A stretch of 64,000 nt of DNA from an uncultured cyanobacterium (GCA_963740315.1 CAVUDP010000001.1:384001-448000); one strand, 5' to 3'; shown: positions 1 through 11,113, counted from the first letter of the stretch. The notes: generated by a model from the letters alone, not told the origin. Program-made: numbers and translations.

Positions 1-1863
1 TATTTGAATCTAATATATTTAGGTTCGGGTGCTTATGGTGTGGCGGATGCGGCGTGGGTTTATTTCTCCAAGCCAGTAGATAAACTGACTTTAAGTGAAA
101 CGGCAACAATTGCTGGTTTAGCGCCCGCTCCCAATGTTTTTTCACCCGTGGAAAATCCCGAAGCTGCCAAACGGCGGCGCAATCTAGTATTACAACGGAT
201 GCTAGAAGATGGATTTATTACAGCCGCCGAAAAAGAAAAAGCAGTATCAGAACCTTTAACGGTTAAAGCAAATTTACCCAAGCGACTGAACATAGAAGCA
301 CCGTATTTTATTACTTATATTCAGAAAGAACTGCCAAAACATCTGGATAAAGATGTATTAGAAGCGGGCGGATTGGTAGTAGAAACTACCCTAAATCCCA
401 CTTGGCAGCAGAAAGCAGAAGCAGCAGTAGATAAAACCTTACAAAATCAAGGGCGCTGGCAGCGATTTAAACAAGCAGCAATGGTTGCCATAGATCCTCG
501 TAACGGTGAAATTAAAGCAATGGTTGGCGGAAAGGACTTTGGTAAAAACAAGTTTAATCGCGTTACCCAAGCCCAAAGGCAACCCGGTTCAACATTTAAA
601 GGATTTGTTTACGCAGCAGCAGTAGCAGCCGGAAAAAATCCTATGGATGGTTACTTGGATGCACCAATAGTAGTTGATGGTTACGAACCAAAAAACTACG
701 ATGAAAGCTTCCGGGGTTGGATAAACATGAGAGATGCCCTCACCAAATCAATTAATATTGTTGCGGTGAGAGTGTTGATGAAAGTAGGGTACCAGCCAAC
801 CATCGACTTAGCCCACAAGATGGGGATTGAATCGGAAATCAAACCCGTTATTTCGATGGCACTCGGTTCCAACGAAGTAAATTTACTTGAATTAACCAGC
901 GCTTACGGTACTTTTGCGAACAAAGGAATGCACGTAAAACCTCATGGTATTACCCGCGTTCTTAATCGTAACGGTGAAGTACTTTGGTCAGCCGATTTTA
1001 AAGGAGAACGAGGATTAGATGCCGATAGCTCCGCCATCACAACCTGGATGTTGCGAAACGTAGTCACATCAGGAACGGGTACCCGCGCTCAAATTGGTCG
1101 TCCCGCAGCAGGTAAAACCGGCACTACCGATGAAGCTAAGGATTTATGGTTTATCGGCTTTATTCCTCAATTAGCAACGGGTGTATGGCTGGGTAACGAC
1201 GACAACAAACCCACCAACGGCGACAGCACCACCGCCGCTTACACTTGGCGCGAGTTTATGAAAGAAGCTACCGATGGAATGCCCGTCGAGAAGTTTCCCG
1301 AACGACCAAAGTTAACCGGAAGAAAAGCCAGTATCAAAGTACAGCCAATTAAACCCAGAAGATTTATTACCAAGGCGGCTCCTAAAAAATCAGACAATTC
1401 CGACGACGATTCAGAAACCACCACTAACAGAAATTCTTCACGGCGTAGAAGTACAAGAAGAAGAAGTACTACTAATAGTAGTTCTGGAAGTAGTAGCAAT
1501 CGTCGAACCAGGAGTACAAGAACCCGTCGTACAAGAAGTACTACCCCAACCCGTCGTAGAAGTACTACCCCAACCCAGCGAAAATCCACTACTCCCACGC
1601 GCCGTCGTCGGAGTAATGTCAGAAGTTCGGGTTCATCGGGTTCGTCTTCCCAGCGGCGAAGAAGTAGAAGCAATACCAAACCAGCTTCTACGAGAAGGCG
1701 TTCATCATCACCTCCGGTAAGGAAGCGATCGTCTCCTCCAGTAAGGAGAAAGCGTTCATCATCACCATCCAAACCAAAGCAACGTTCGGCACCACCAAAG
1801 CAAAAATCCGCTCCAAGTTCATCAACACCTTCATGGCGCGAGAGACTCAAACCTGGTACGTAG
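1..1863 (+). CDS. Class A penicillin-binding protein 1A (transglycosylase/transpeptidase), 5'-truncated by the window edge
   Basis: YLG.GAYGV..AA..YF transglycosylase motif, RQPGSTFK (SxxK), SIN (SxN) and KTGTT motifs; Arg/Ser-rich low-complexity C-terminal tail. Confidence 0.93.
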   Translation, partial: YLNLIYLGSGAYGVADAAWVYFSKPVDKLTLSETATIAGLAPAPNVFSPVENPEAAKRRRNLVLQRMLEDGFITAAEKEKAVSEPLTVKANLPKRLNIEAPYFITYIQKELPKHLDKDVLEAGGLVVETTLNPTWQQKAEAAVDKTLQNQGRWQRFKQAAMVAIDPRNGEIKAMVGGKDFGKNKFNRVTQAQRQPGSTFKGFVYAAAVAAGKNPMDGYLDAPIVVDGYEPKNYDESFRGWINMRDALTKSINIVAVRVLMKVGYQPTIDLAHKMGIESEIKPVISMALGSNEVNLLELTSAYGTFANKGMHVKPHGITRVLNRNGEVLWSADFKGERGLDADSSAITTWMLRNVVTSGTGTRAQIGRPAAGKTGTTDEAKDLWFIGFIPQLATGVWLGNDDNKPTNGDSTTAAYTWREFMKEATDGMPVEKFPERPKLTGRKASIKVQPIKPRRFITKAAPKKSDNSDDDSETTTNRNSSRRRSTRRRSTTNSSSGSSSNRRTRSTRTRRTRSTTPTRRRSTTPTQRKSTTPTRRRRSNVRSSGSSGSSSQRRRSRSNTKPASTRRRSSSPPVRKRSSPPVRRKRSSSPSKPKQRSAPPKQKSAPSSSTPSWRERLKPGT

Positions 1864-1867
1864 ATAA

Positions 1868-2077
1868 TTGGGCATTGGTAATTGGTAATTGGGCATGGGG
1901 CATTGGGCATTGGGCATGGAAGAGAGCGGAGGGAGCAATTTAATTTTTCTTAGTCTTTTCTTCCTCTGCCTCAAGAGCCGACTGAGCCTCAAGAGCTTTT
2001 TCTTCCCCTTGTCCCCTTGTCCCCCCATCTCCCCATCTCCTTGTCTCCCCATCCCCCCATCCCATCTTCTTCTCCCA
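1868..2077. repeat. STRR-type heptamer tracts (TTGGGCA / TTGGTAA / CCCCATC)
   Basis: Tandem ttgggca, ttggtaa and ccccatc/tcccctt units between genes. Confidence 0.8.
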
Positions 2078-2151
2078 ACCGATAGATGTAGATGGTACGC
2101 TGGATTTAATACATTCTTAAGTAATGTTGCCTATCTTAGGAGAAGATTTTA

Positions 2152-2361
2152 ATGGCTACTTTAATGCAAACAGCTGCACAAGCAGCGGCTGAACCTCATT
2201 TCCCTTGGGCTTTTACGGCTGTTTATGTAGTTGGCTTTATAGCCGCTGTAACTATCGGTTCGATCGCTTGGTACAATTCTAAGCGTCCTGTTGGTTGGGA
2301 AAATAAGCAACGTCCTGATTTTGTACCCGACGTTGATAAAGAAGAAAATCCCGGTGTATAA
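2152..2361 (+). CDS. psb35: Photosystem II assembly protein Psb35
   Basis: Single TM helix followed by GSIAWYNSKRPVGWE..RPDFVP; AGGAG RBS upstream. Confidence 0.8.
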   Translation: MATLMQTAAQAAAEPHFPWAFTAVYVVGFIAAVTIGSIAWYNSKRPVGWENKQRPDFVPDVDKEENPGV

Positions 2362-2484
2362 GCGGTAATTGGATTTAGATTAATTCAAAATTAATCAAAA
2401 AAATAAGCCGGAGAGTTATTCCTCCGACTTAATTAAAATAACGACTACGGTTTTTTAGCGAAATCAAGCAGAAAAATTAATCCC

Positions 2485-2850
2485 TCACTTCTTGGGTGGG
2501 TTATTAACGGGAACGGGTTGGTTATTATTCGTTCTCTCAACAGCGGGTTTAGTAACGGGAGCGGTAATAGTTTTACTAGGTTTATTATTATCTGTTCTTT
2601 TACAAGAACTAACTGAATGTGGTCTAACTGAACCTGGTTTACAAATTACCATACCTCTTTTAAGACTTATTACCTTCGTTCCTTCTGTTTGCGATTGGGT
2701 AAAAGATGAATTTCCAGTTACGGCTTCAGAATTTAAAATATCTAAAGTTGCAGCTTGTGCTGAATTAGCCATAAAGCTTCCAGTCATGGCAATACTTGTT
2801 AAAGTTGTAATTCCAAGTAAAGTTGCTTTTTGAAAGAAATTTGAAAACAT
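2485..2850 (-). CDS. Hypothetical secreted protein
   Basis: Signal-peptide-like N-terminus ending SAQAA; Pro/Asn-rich tail; AAGGA RBS. Confidence 0.6.
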   Translation of the reverse strand: MFSNFFQKATLLGITTLTSIAMTGSFMANSAQAATLDILNSEAVTGNSSFTQSQTEGTKVISLKRGMVICKPGSVRPHSVSSCKRTDNNKPSKTITAPVTKPAVERTNNNQPVPVNNPPKK

Positions 2851-3013
2851 ATTTATTATTCCTTGAAAATTGTTACTAAGCTGTACTGATATAGCCTACA
2901 GTTTAACAACAAGGATTTCCAAGGTTTTCGGCAATTGGATTATTTCTTTGTTTAAGCAATAAATATGTCTTTATAATTAGTGATTTTACTTAGAACTAGA
3001 TATGTAAATTGGA

Positions 3014-3300
3014 CATCCGCTTGAGGTTGCAAACCCCAAGCTAATAGCACAAGTCCTATGAATAGGACTGAGAAATTACCTGTTACAACTGGTGGGAAGA
3101 AAAGTTAATGATTGATTTGATTAATTTTGAGTGCTTTATTTTATCTGCAATCGTTTAGAGACTTAGCAGTACTATATATCTATAATTCAATTTTTATGGG
3201 ACAGACCTTCTTCGGGGTCAAACATATTAATTCTGATGATTTTTAGTCCTATTTATAGGACTTGTGGTATTAGACCGGGATTTGCAACCCCGGTCGGGTG
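3014..3300. mobile_element. MITE/REPIN-like element with ~60-bp terminal inverted repeats
   Basis: 3014-3073 matches the reverse complement of 3241-3300 (about 47/60 by manual count); each arm holds an AGTCCTAT..ATAGGACT palindrome. Confidence 0.7.
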
Positions 3301-3353
3301 TAAGAGGAAAACCGTTAAATTATTAGACGTAGCATTGCTACATCTGGGACAAT

Positions 3354-3782
3354 TCAATTCTGCACTTTAACCCAACGACGGTACATTTTCTGCACCTGTT
3401 TGAGCATGGTATTTAACTTTCCTTGATTTGATTCGCTTTTTTCTGACAAATCCTGTATTGTCGCTAATAACTTAGCTTCTTCAATCGCTACCTCACCATC
3501 GCTATAAATTAAACCACCAATCTCTTGAATTAAGTTCTGATAATCTTCAGTGGTGGGAGAATTGCCTAAATATTCCTTAATCCATTCGTAACACTCTGCT
3601 GGTTTTACGGGAACTAATTCGTACAGCCAAGGCTTAATTTCTGGATCTGTGGCGATATTTTTTTCTTTAGCTATTTGTTGAAGATACTGCCTTTCTTCGG
3701 GTTGAATTTTACCATCAAGCCAAGCTGCTGCAATTAAAATTTTTAACAATTGTTTGACATCAGGGTTCTTTATCATGTTCAC
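3354..3782 (-). CDS. TerB-family (tellurite resistance-like) protein
   Basis: LIAAAWLDGKIQPEERQYL and LIYSDGEVAIEEAKLL, the duplicated DG...E motif. Confidence 0.8.
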   Translation of the reverse strand: MNMIKNPDVKQLLKILIAAAWLDGKIQPEERQYLQQIAKEKNIATDPEIKPWLYELVPVKPAECYEWIKEYLGNSPTTEDYQNLIQEIGGLIYSDGEVAIEEAKLLATIQDLSEKSESNQGKLNTMLKQVQKMYRRWVKVQN

Positions 3783-3821
3783 CTCCTATAAGGAATTTTC
3801 CCTTAACAAAATCTTACAATT

Positions 3822-5219
3822 TTAATTATGCTTTTTTCTCAAACGCACCATAAAAAAACCATCCATATTGTGTTTGTGGGGCAATACTTTAATCCAACCT
3901 TCGTTCGTTTCATATTCACGGATGGGTGAATCAGTATCGCCTGGTTCGATTTCCCAATTGGGATGCGACTCTAAAAAAGATTTGATAACACCTTCATTTT
4001 CTGCTGGATGCAGCGTGCAAGTAGAATAAACTAACGAGCCGCCATGTTTGACAAAAGTTGAAGTATGTAACAATAGTTCTTTTTGAAGTACGGAAAGTTC
4101 CCCTATATTTTCCGGAGTTTGTCGCCAACGTGCATCGGCGTGACGGTGGAGGGTTCCCAAACCAGAGCAAGGCACATCAAGCAATACCTTATCGGCATTT
4201 TGGAATTGAGTTAAATTGCGACTGTCACCCACGCAAACTTGAATTGACTTTAAATTGAGACGTTGAGTATTTTGTTGCAGCTTACGCAGACGCGAATCAG
4301 TGCGATCGCAAGCCCAAATTTTCCCTGCATCTCCCATCAATTCGGCGATATGGGTTGTTTTACCTCCAGGAGCAGCACAAGCATCAATTATTACTTCGTT
4401 TTTTTGCGGATTAAGTAAATAACTCACCAATTGAGCGCTGCTATCTTGTACAGTCCACCACCCTTGATTAAAACCGGGTAAATTCTTAATTGCCCCAGGA
4501 GAGCTTAATAATCGTAAAGCGTGCGGTAAATTAGGAATCCGTTGAGATAAAACACCTCGATCTTGTAACGCTGCTTCTACTTGCTCTACAGAAGAACAAA
4601 GTTGGTTAACTCGCAAATCAATACTTGGGGTTCGATTCATCCATTCACATAATTTCTCCGTCTCCGCAAAACCGAACTGTTCTATCCATACATTTACAAT
4701 CCAGTCGGGAAAACTATGCAAAATACCCAATCTTTCAACAGGGTTACTAGGTAACTCGATCGGAATATTATAAAATTGTTTTTTTTCTTCCCCCTCTTCC
4801 CCCTCTTCCCCCTCTCCCCCCTCTCTCTTCTCTTCCCCAAGCCGAATATACTGTCTTAACAAACCATTAACGAAACCAGAAAGACCGGAAAAACCGTTAT
4901 CCTTAGCTAATTGAACGGTAGTATTAACAGCCGCGCTAGGAGGAATTCGTTCTTGAAATTGCAGTTGATATAAACCCAAATGTAAAATGCAGCGAAGTAA
5001 TAAAGGCTGCTGATGAGATTTTTTTTTCGCTAACCCATCAATAATATAGTCAAGAGTTCGCTGTCTTCTGACGCTACCGTAAACTAATTCTGTCACCAAA
5101 CGGCGCTCGTTATCGGGTAAATCAACTTTTCGCAGCACTCTATCTAACGCTACATCAGCATAAGCCCCCTTATGAACATCTCGCAGGGCTATTATTGCTT
5201 GTTGACGGGAAGAAGTCAT
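3822..5219 (-). CDS. rsmB: 16S rRNA m5C967 methyltransferase RsmB/Sun (start set at MTSSRQ, 5219)
   Basis: NusB-like N-terminus, VQDSSAQL, DACAAPGGKT, LDVPCSGLG, YSTCT motifs. Confidence 0.95.
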   Translation of the reverse strand: MTSSRQQAIIALRDVHKGAYADVALDRVLRKVDLPDNERRLVTELVYGSVRRQRTLDYIIDGLAKKKSHQQPLLLRCILHLGLYQLQFQERIPPSAAVNTTVQLAKDNGFSGLSGFVNGLLRQYIRLGEEKREGGEGEEGEEGEEKKQFYNIPIELPSNPVERLGILHSFPDWIVNVWIEQFGFAETEKLCEWMNRTPSIDLRVNQLCSSVEQVEAALQDRGVLSQRIPNLPHALRLLSSPGAIKNLPGFNQGWWTVQDSSAQLVSYLLNPQKNEVIIDACAAPGGKTTHIAELMGDAGKIWACDRTDSRLRKLQQNTQRLNLKSIQVCVGDSRNLTQFQNADKVLLDVPCSGLGTLHRHADARWRQTPENIGELSVLQKELLLHTSTFVKHGGSLVYSTCTLHPAENEGVIKSFLESHPNWEIEPGDTDSPIREYETNEGWIKVLPHKHNMDGFFMVRLRKKHN

Positions 5220-5220
5220 A

Positions 5221-5432
5221 GGGAGAGGGGGAGATGGGGGGATGGGGGGATGGTAAGCCCAAAACGTGCGGAGGAACACGACCGTTGAGAGAAGTGGCGC
5301 AACCCGTTACTCTAACGAGTCGTGCCGCGCTGAACACGCGGAGCGTGCGGCGAGCGGGGGAGATGGGGGGATGGGGAGATGGGGGGAGTTAGGAGTTAGG
5401 AGTTAGGAGTTAGGAGTTAGGAGTTAAGAGTT
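5221..5432. repeat. STRR tracts (GGGGGAT, AGTTAGG) with a GC-rich hairpin insert
   Basis: Tandem ggggatg and agttagg units flanking a ~100-bp GC-rich segment. Confidence 0.75.
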
Positions 5433-5554
5433 ATAAATTTAACTATTAATTATTTATTAATTCGTAATGCCCCATGCCCAATTCCCAAAAAATAACCCCT
5501 CTCACTTTACCTTACATTTGCGAGAGGGATTATTACCAAAAATATTAAAGTGAA

Positions 5555-6991
5555 TTAAGCGTCAAAGCTGTCAATTTCAAATTCGCAAGCCCTTGAATCG
5601 GATTCTGTACTAGGTGGATCGAAACTCAACAATGATAAATGAGATGGTTCTTTAATCATGTCTTTTGCTAATAGTAATCCGGCAATTGTCCAAGTTTGGT
5701 ATTTTCTACTTTGCTTACCAATTAATCTTCCTCGCTTACCATCATAATACTCGGGCCATTCATCTTCTTGAAGACGTAGTTGAGCAACATGAATTGCTTT
5801 TTCGGCAATACATATTCTATTAGTTTTAATTGCTGCTGCCGCTAACATCCACATTAAAACAGGCCAGTTTCCACCATTATGATAAGACCAAGGAATATTT
5901 TTCGGATCGCATCCAGTTATGATTCTATACTCATCATCTTCTAATGCTGGGAAAGTGATTTTCATTGGCATATCTCCTACCAAATCTTCCCATCTCTTTT
6001 CAATAAGAGTCATGATGGCTTGAGACTGTTCTTCAGTTGCTAAATCACAAATGATTGCCATCAAATTGCCTAAAGAAAAGAAACGAGTATCCATTTGTGA
6101 TGGACCAACATTACCTGCTAAATAACCACCTTTTCTGGGCAGCCACTTAGCTAATTCATTGTAAGGCAGCGAATCTACATACACATTAAATTCATTTACC
6201 GCTTCTTTTCCGTATTCTTCACCTTTATAACGATAAATAGCATTAAGACGTTTAATATCTATCCAATAATGCTTGCGAATATGGGCACGCAAAATAGGCA
6301 AACGATTGTCGATCGCAATCACCCAATCTTGATTGCCATGACAAATTAACATTTCTCGTGCCGCACGCAATGCAGCATAAAATAAAGATTGAATTTCTAA
6401 AGGATGTCCGTAAATTCCCAAACGTCGATCGATCATGCAAGCGCCATCGGGAACCAATAGCGTTGGGTACATATCGAAACGAGTTGCTAAACAAAGTTCT
6501 AATATTAGTCCAATACCTGTTTGAAATTCCGGTTGATATACCAGTGAAAAATCTTTCGTCGCGACGACATAAGCACGTAATATAATCAGCCACCACAAAC
6601 AAGAATCAATTGGTGTAACTCGTGCGATCGCGTGTTCGCCAAAATCCGCTTCTAAAAATTCTTCTCCGTTATGAGATACTACTTTGAAACTAGCTGGCAT
6701 TAAACCTTGCCCTGGTTTATAAGCATCCAACTGATTATCTTTAGGCTGTAATTTCAATGTTTCTGTTAAAAAGTTACGAACTATATCCGTTTGTCCTTTA
6801 GTCAGAAAAAGTAGGGCAGAGGAAGCGAAATCTCGCACAAAACATTGGTCGTAATTTAATGAATCTACCGTTCCATCTAAAGCCGCTACCGTACCTACGG
6901 GACGACCTTGATAGTAGAGAATTGACCTTTGAAGTGCTTCCCATGCATCTTTTTCTACTTCCTCAATTGCTGCTAAGTCTTCTAATTGCAT
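5555..6991 (-). CDS. Alkaline/neutral invertase (glycoside hydrolase family 100)
   Basis: [47 protein letters not shown] motifs. Confidence 0.95.
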   Translation of the reverse strand: MQLEDLAAIEEVEKDAWEALQRSILYYQGRPVGTVAALDGTVDSLNYDQCFVRDFASSALLFLTKGQTDIVRNFLTETLKLQPKDNQLDAYKPGQGLMPASFKVVSHNGEEFLEADFGEHAIARVTPIDSCLWWLIILRAYVVATKDFSLVYQPEFQTGIGLILELCLATRFDMYPTLLVPDGACMIDRRLGIYGHPLEIQSLFYAALRAAREMLICHGNQDWVIAIDNRLPILRAHIRKHYWIDIKRLNAIYRYKGEEYGKEAVNEFNVYVDSLPYNELAKWLPRKGGYLAGNVGPSQMDTRFFSLGNLMAIICDLATEEQSQAIMTLIEKRWEDLVGDMPMKITFPALEDDEYRIITGCDPKNIPWSYHNGGNWPVLMWMLAAAAIKTNRICIAEKAIHVAQLRLQEDEWPEYYDGKRGRLIGKQSRKYQTWTIAGLLLAKDMIKEPSHLSLLSFDPPSTESDSRACEFEIDSFDA

Positions 6992-8358
6992 ATCTAGAAC
7001 CTCTCCTTTGAATATGTGGTTAATGTAGTTAATACCGACTATTTATAAATAGCCCTATCGTTATTTTAAAGATAGGGTTATCGATTCAAAAATATCAAGC
7101 TATATAACGCCTTTTAGCGGCTTAAATATTCTTACTCAATCAGCTTATCGTTGCTTTTTCTCGATTATTTACAGAAATTTGCCAATAAATTTTACACCAA
7201 GCAAAAACATACGCGATCGCTGTTGTTTACTTGGATATAGCGAAAATATTTTTAAGCAGAGACACTTAAACTGATTGAGAAGACTAATAATAATTTATTT
7301 ATTTGCCTGCATAATTAAAAATTATAACAAATTTTTATCCCATGCAACAAGTTTTGAATAATTAGTTGTAAGTCGCAATAAGCAATAATTTTTATTTATA
7401 ACATTTTTGTTAAAATAATTATTTTCTAATAACATAAAAAGCAAATATATAAATGTTTTACAAGTATTTATTTAGAAAATAAAATCTAAAAATCATCGAT
7501 GTTTTTTTGCATGAAATTTTACCAATATATTACGCAATATTGTTTATAAAGCAACGATATTAGTTACTCTTTTAAAACTAAATTATGCTTATTATTACTA
7601 TTTATTTTTGAGAATAGATGATATTGTTCGCTTTTATTAATTTACTAATAATTGCAACTTTAAAAAAAACTTGAGTTTATAGCTGTATATAAAACTACAA
7701 AACTAGCTACTAACCCTATAGTTTAGATAAAAAGTAGTTGCAGATGCATATACATATGTATCCTAATAACCTATAAATATAAATCATTTACATATAAGTA
7801 AGTTAAGACCTCAAAAATTAAAATAAGGTACGGTAAACTATTTAACACTCTACGCTGGAGTTAAATCATAAAATTACGGTATTCTGTAACTAATTTTACA
7901 GAAATTATATCAAATGCGATAGAAGATAAAAAGTTTTAAATTATCAACTATACAAAGAATTAATGAAGTACGACGAAAGTTTGATAAAGTTTTTATAAAT
8001 TAGCTATTTTAAGCATCATTGTTAACTAGATCGCAATTTGACTATACTTTAGTCAGCATTTATAGGCTTCAGTATTTATACAGTTATATAGGGCTTAAAT
8101 ATTTTTTGAGTGTAAAAATACACAGTTTTTATTGCAGCATAAACCAAGTACATCTATACGTATATACTTAAAGAAGCAGTCTTGAGAAAATAGAAAACTA
8201 GTTATAGAAGATATATTTATCAAAATAAGATAAAAAATTCATCTATTTGTCTCGTATTATACTTAAACTAGATTTAATATCAATTTTGTACGGTACATAA
8301 GAATCTGAATAACTTGCTTCATCGTTATTTGTTAATTGCATAAAATACAGAGGAAAAT

Positions 8359-9426
8359 ATGTTAAAAGCCACTGAAATAGTGAAAACGTCTTCAACTGAA
8401 CGGTTGCTTAATCTTTGGGCACGTCGTTATACACCAGGGATATCTTCTTTATTGGTTCATTATTCATCCTGTGATGAATTATTGAAAGCAGCAACACCAT
8501 CCGGTAGAGTTGCAACGGCTAACAAGTTAAGAGAGAAAATGCTTGATGTTAATTGTCAAATGGGATGGATACAAACCAAAAATCTTTACAACTATATTCC
8601 TAATGTTTTAGATTTAACCGAGGCTAGACGCATTACAAAATTTGCCTTTCGCGTTTATAAAAAGTTAATAGAAATTTATCAACAGCAATCACCGAAAATC
8701 GAAGTAGAAAATAATACACTTTCTCAGTGGGTTATACCAGCAGTTGAAGAACTTGCGTATGCTTTAGAACCAATATTAATTGTATTTCAGGAACAGCACG
8801 TAGCATCTAAAGATTGGCGCAGCCTTGGTTTTATGACTTCGCAACTAAATTTTACCAATAAATTAATGCTCAAAAGGTTATCACCTGTCGAACAAGCATT
8901 ATTCGCTCCTTATCTGAGCTTTGTCGAAGAACAAGTCGCCATGCCTTGGCAAAGAGTTTGTGCTAATGCTGCTAACTATCAAGTAGATTCGCCGCAATTG
9001 AAGCTTGTAGAACAATTGATGCCAGCAACACCGGATATTGCTCAATCAGTTTATCATCAGCTAAATGATTTGTTACCTGATAATCGCAGCCGCAGGGGTA
9101 AATTAAGCGATCGCGGTATATCTCATTCTTGTCTGCGCGACTTAAATATGTTTCAAGCTTATATATTATTATGTTTTTTAGAACAGAGTATGACACCAAT
9201 CGAACAAGAATTAATTCCTTTGTGTGCGATGGTTGTAGAAGGAGTTGATATCAAATGGGAATTAACTCAAAAATGGTGTGAAGTTTTGGCGATTGAAATG
9301 GAAAGCCGTTTAGATTCAGAACAAAAAGATTTGTTTAAAGTTTATACTCAAGGGATGAAGCAGGCGTTTTTTAAAGAGCGTAGAAGTTTGGGTTGTAAGC
9401 AAGAAATGACAGCGGAGATTGTTTGA
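8359..9426 (+). CDS. Hypothetical all-helical protein; C-terminal region resembles phycobiliprotein/globin fold
   Basis: 355-aa ORF with AGAGGA RBS; SCLRDLNMFQAY segment. Confidence 0.7.
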   Translation: MLKATEIVKTSSTERLLNLWARRYTPGISSLLVHYSSCDELLKAATPSGRVATANKLREKMLDVNCQMGWIQTKNLYNYIPNVLDLTEARRITKFAFRVYKKLIEIYQQQSPKIEVENNTLSQWVIPAVEELAYALEPILIVFQEQHVASKDWRSLGFMTSQLNFTNKLMLKRLSPVEQALFAPYLSFVEEQVAMPWQRVCANAANYQVDSPQLKLVEQLMPATPDIAQSVYHQLNDLLPDNRSRRGKLSDRGISHSCLRDLNMFQAYILLCFLEQSMTPIEQELIPLCAMVVEGVDIKWELTQKWCEVLAIEMESRLDSEQKDLFKVYTQGMKQAFFKERRSLGCKQEMTAEIV

Positions 9427-9780
9427 TATCCTCAACTTTTTTTAATAGATTAATAATTTAATTTTGAAAACCGTGATTGCAATTAATAAAAAGCCTTACG
9501 GGTTCATTCAAACTAGATTGAAGCATAGCTTGCTGACAAAACTTGATGGAGTTTTGTTTGTCTAGCCCCAATCCTGGTATAGGAAAAAGTAGCATAGTCA
9601 GCGATAATAGTTAATATGCGTCTAATCGCAAAAAAAGTACTCTGCGCGGAATTTTGACTAATTGAAGTCCAGAGCGCAAAAAATCTAAACAAGTTTTGTG
9701 TCAAGAATCTAACACCAATACTGTACATTGGTTGTAGAGAATATTGATTTTAAAAACTGACTGTCTAAGAGAAAAGAAAA

Positions 9781-9969
9781 ATGACCATCATATTCCAAAT
9801 CGCTTTATTAGCTCTAGTTGCTTTGTCATTCGTTATGATCGTTGGCGTACCCGTTGCTTACGCGACTCCTCAAACTTGGGTTGAATCTAAAAGATTCCTT
9901 TGGATTGGCTCTGGGGTTTGGTTTGCGTTGGTAGTAGTAGTTGGAATTTTAAACTTTTTCGTAGTTTAA
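9781..9969 (+). CDS. psbZ: Photosystem II reaction center protein PsbZ
   Basis: 62 aa, two TM helices, [26 protein letters not shown]. Confidence 0.95.
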   Translation: MTIIFQIALLALVALSFVMIVGVPVAYATPQTWVESKRFLWIGSGVWFALVVVVGILNFFVV

Positions 9970-10358
9970 GCGACTGCTTAAACCATACGCTGACGAACGA
10001 GCATAGGGGCAGAGGAATACTCCACGGATAAGAAAGCTGAGATTGTTTTATCTCTCTGTTTCTTGTACGAGCAGGTAATCCTCTGCTTCTGCTATTTGGA
10101 GAAGGCGAGTTAACAGTGAGCATTGAACAGTAAACAGTTAGCAGTGAGATTTAAATTAACTAACAGACCATTGTATTATCTTTTAACTTCTTAACTTATT
10201 CTGTAAAAGTTGTTATTAATACGAATAATCGCGGAAATGTCTATTAAAACTAAGACATACAAATCATCAAGGAAAATTATAAGCTACTGTTTACTGGTAA
10301 CTGATAACTGATAACTAGTCACTGATTAAAGAAGTATATTTATATTAAAGAGGCAACT

Positions 10359-10940
10359 ATGGCAGTTTTCGAGGGAAGTTTTACTCAAACAGAACCCCTA
10401 CGTTTTGCATTAGTAATTGGTAGATTTAATGATTTAGTAACCACCAAGCTGGTGGAAGGGTGCCAAGATTGTTTAAAGCGCCACGGTATTGATACTAATC
10501 CCCACGGCTCTCAAGTAGATTACGTTTGGGTACCTGGAAGCTTTGAAGTTCCCTTAGTAGCGCGACAATTAGCACTTACAGGCAATTACGATGCGATAAT
10601 CTGCTTGGGTGCAGTAATTAAAGGGCAAACACCCCATTTTGATTACGTATCGGCAGAAGTCGCCAAAGGAATTTCCGCAGCAGCTTTTCAGACGGGAGTA
10701 CCAGTAATATTTGGTGTTTTGACAGCCGACACCATGCAGCAAGCTTTAGAAAGAGCCGGAATAAAAAGCAATCATGGTTGGGATTACGCAATGAATGCCT
10801 TAGAAATGGCTAGTCTCATGCGCCAATTACGTCCCAACATTGGGCAAAAGCAATATGGAGCAAACGGCGGCACCTTAACAGGTTCCCTCAAAAGCGCAAG
10901 CTTAAACAACCTACCCGCACAATCGGAAGAAAAAGCTTAA
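10359..10940 (+). CDS. ribH: 6,7-dimethyl-8-ribityllumazine synthase
   Basis: [37 protein letters not shown] motifs. Confidence 0.96.
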   Translation: MAVFEGSFTQTEPLRFALVIGRFNDLVTTKLVEGCQDCLKRHGIDTNPHGSQVDYVWVPGSFEVPLVARQLALTGNYDAIICLGAVIKGQTPHFDYVSAEVAKGISAAAFQTGVPVIFGVLTADTMQQALERAGIKSNHGWDYAMNALEMASLMRQLRPNIGQKQYGANGGTLTGSLKSASLNNLPAQSEEKA

Positions 10941-11066
10941 GGATTGGGGATTGGGAATGGGTAATGGGGAATAGTTAGGAGTAATTAAGGTTAAAGGTCT
11001 GCATGTTAAAATTCTTTTTATCTCCTTGTCCCCTCTTCCCCCTCTCCCCATCTTCCAAAAAAGGGG

Positions 11067-11095
11067 TTGACAAACTTGAATCAATGTGGGATATT
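11067..11095 (+). promoter_or_regulatory. Sigma70-type promoter of tRNA-Gly
   Basis: TTGACA-17 bp-GATATT just upstream of the tRNA. Confidence 0.6.
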
Positions 11096-11113
11096 GATAT
11101 TTAGCAATAAAAT

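Noticed and set aside
1239..2152. ORFs 1239-1910(-), 1831-2052(-) and 1889-2152(+)
   Set aside because: Antisense shadow of the low-complexity PBP tail or translations of STRR repeats
9970..10358. FMN riboswitch upstream of ribH
   Set aside because: Conserved RFN-element sequence blocks are not present
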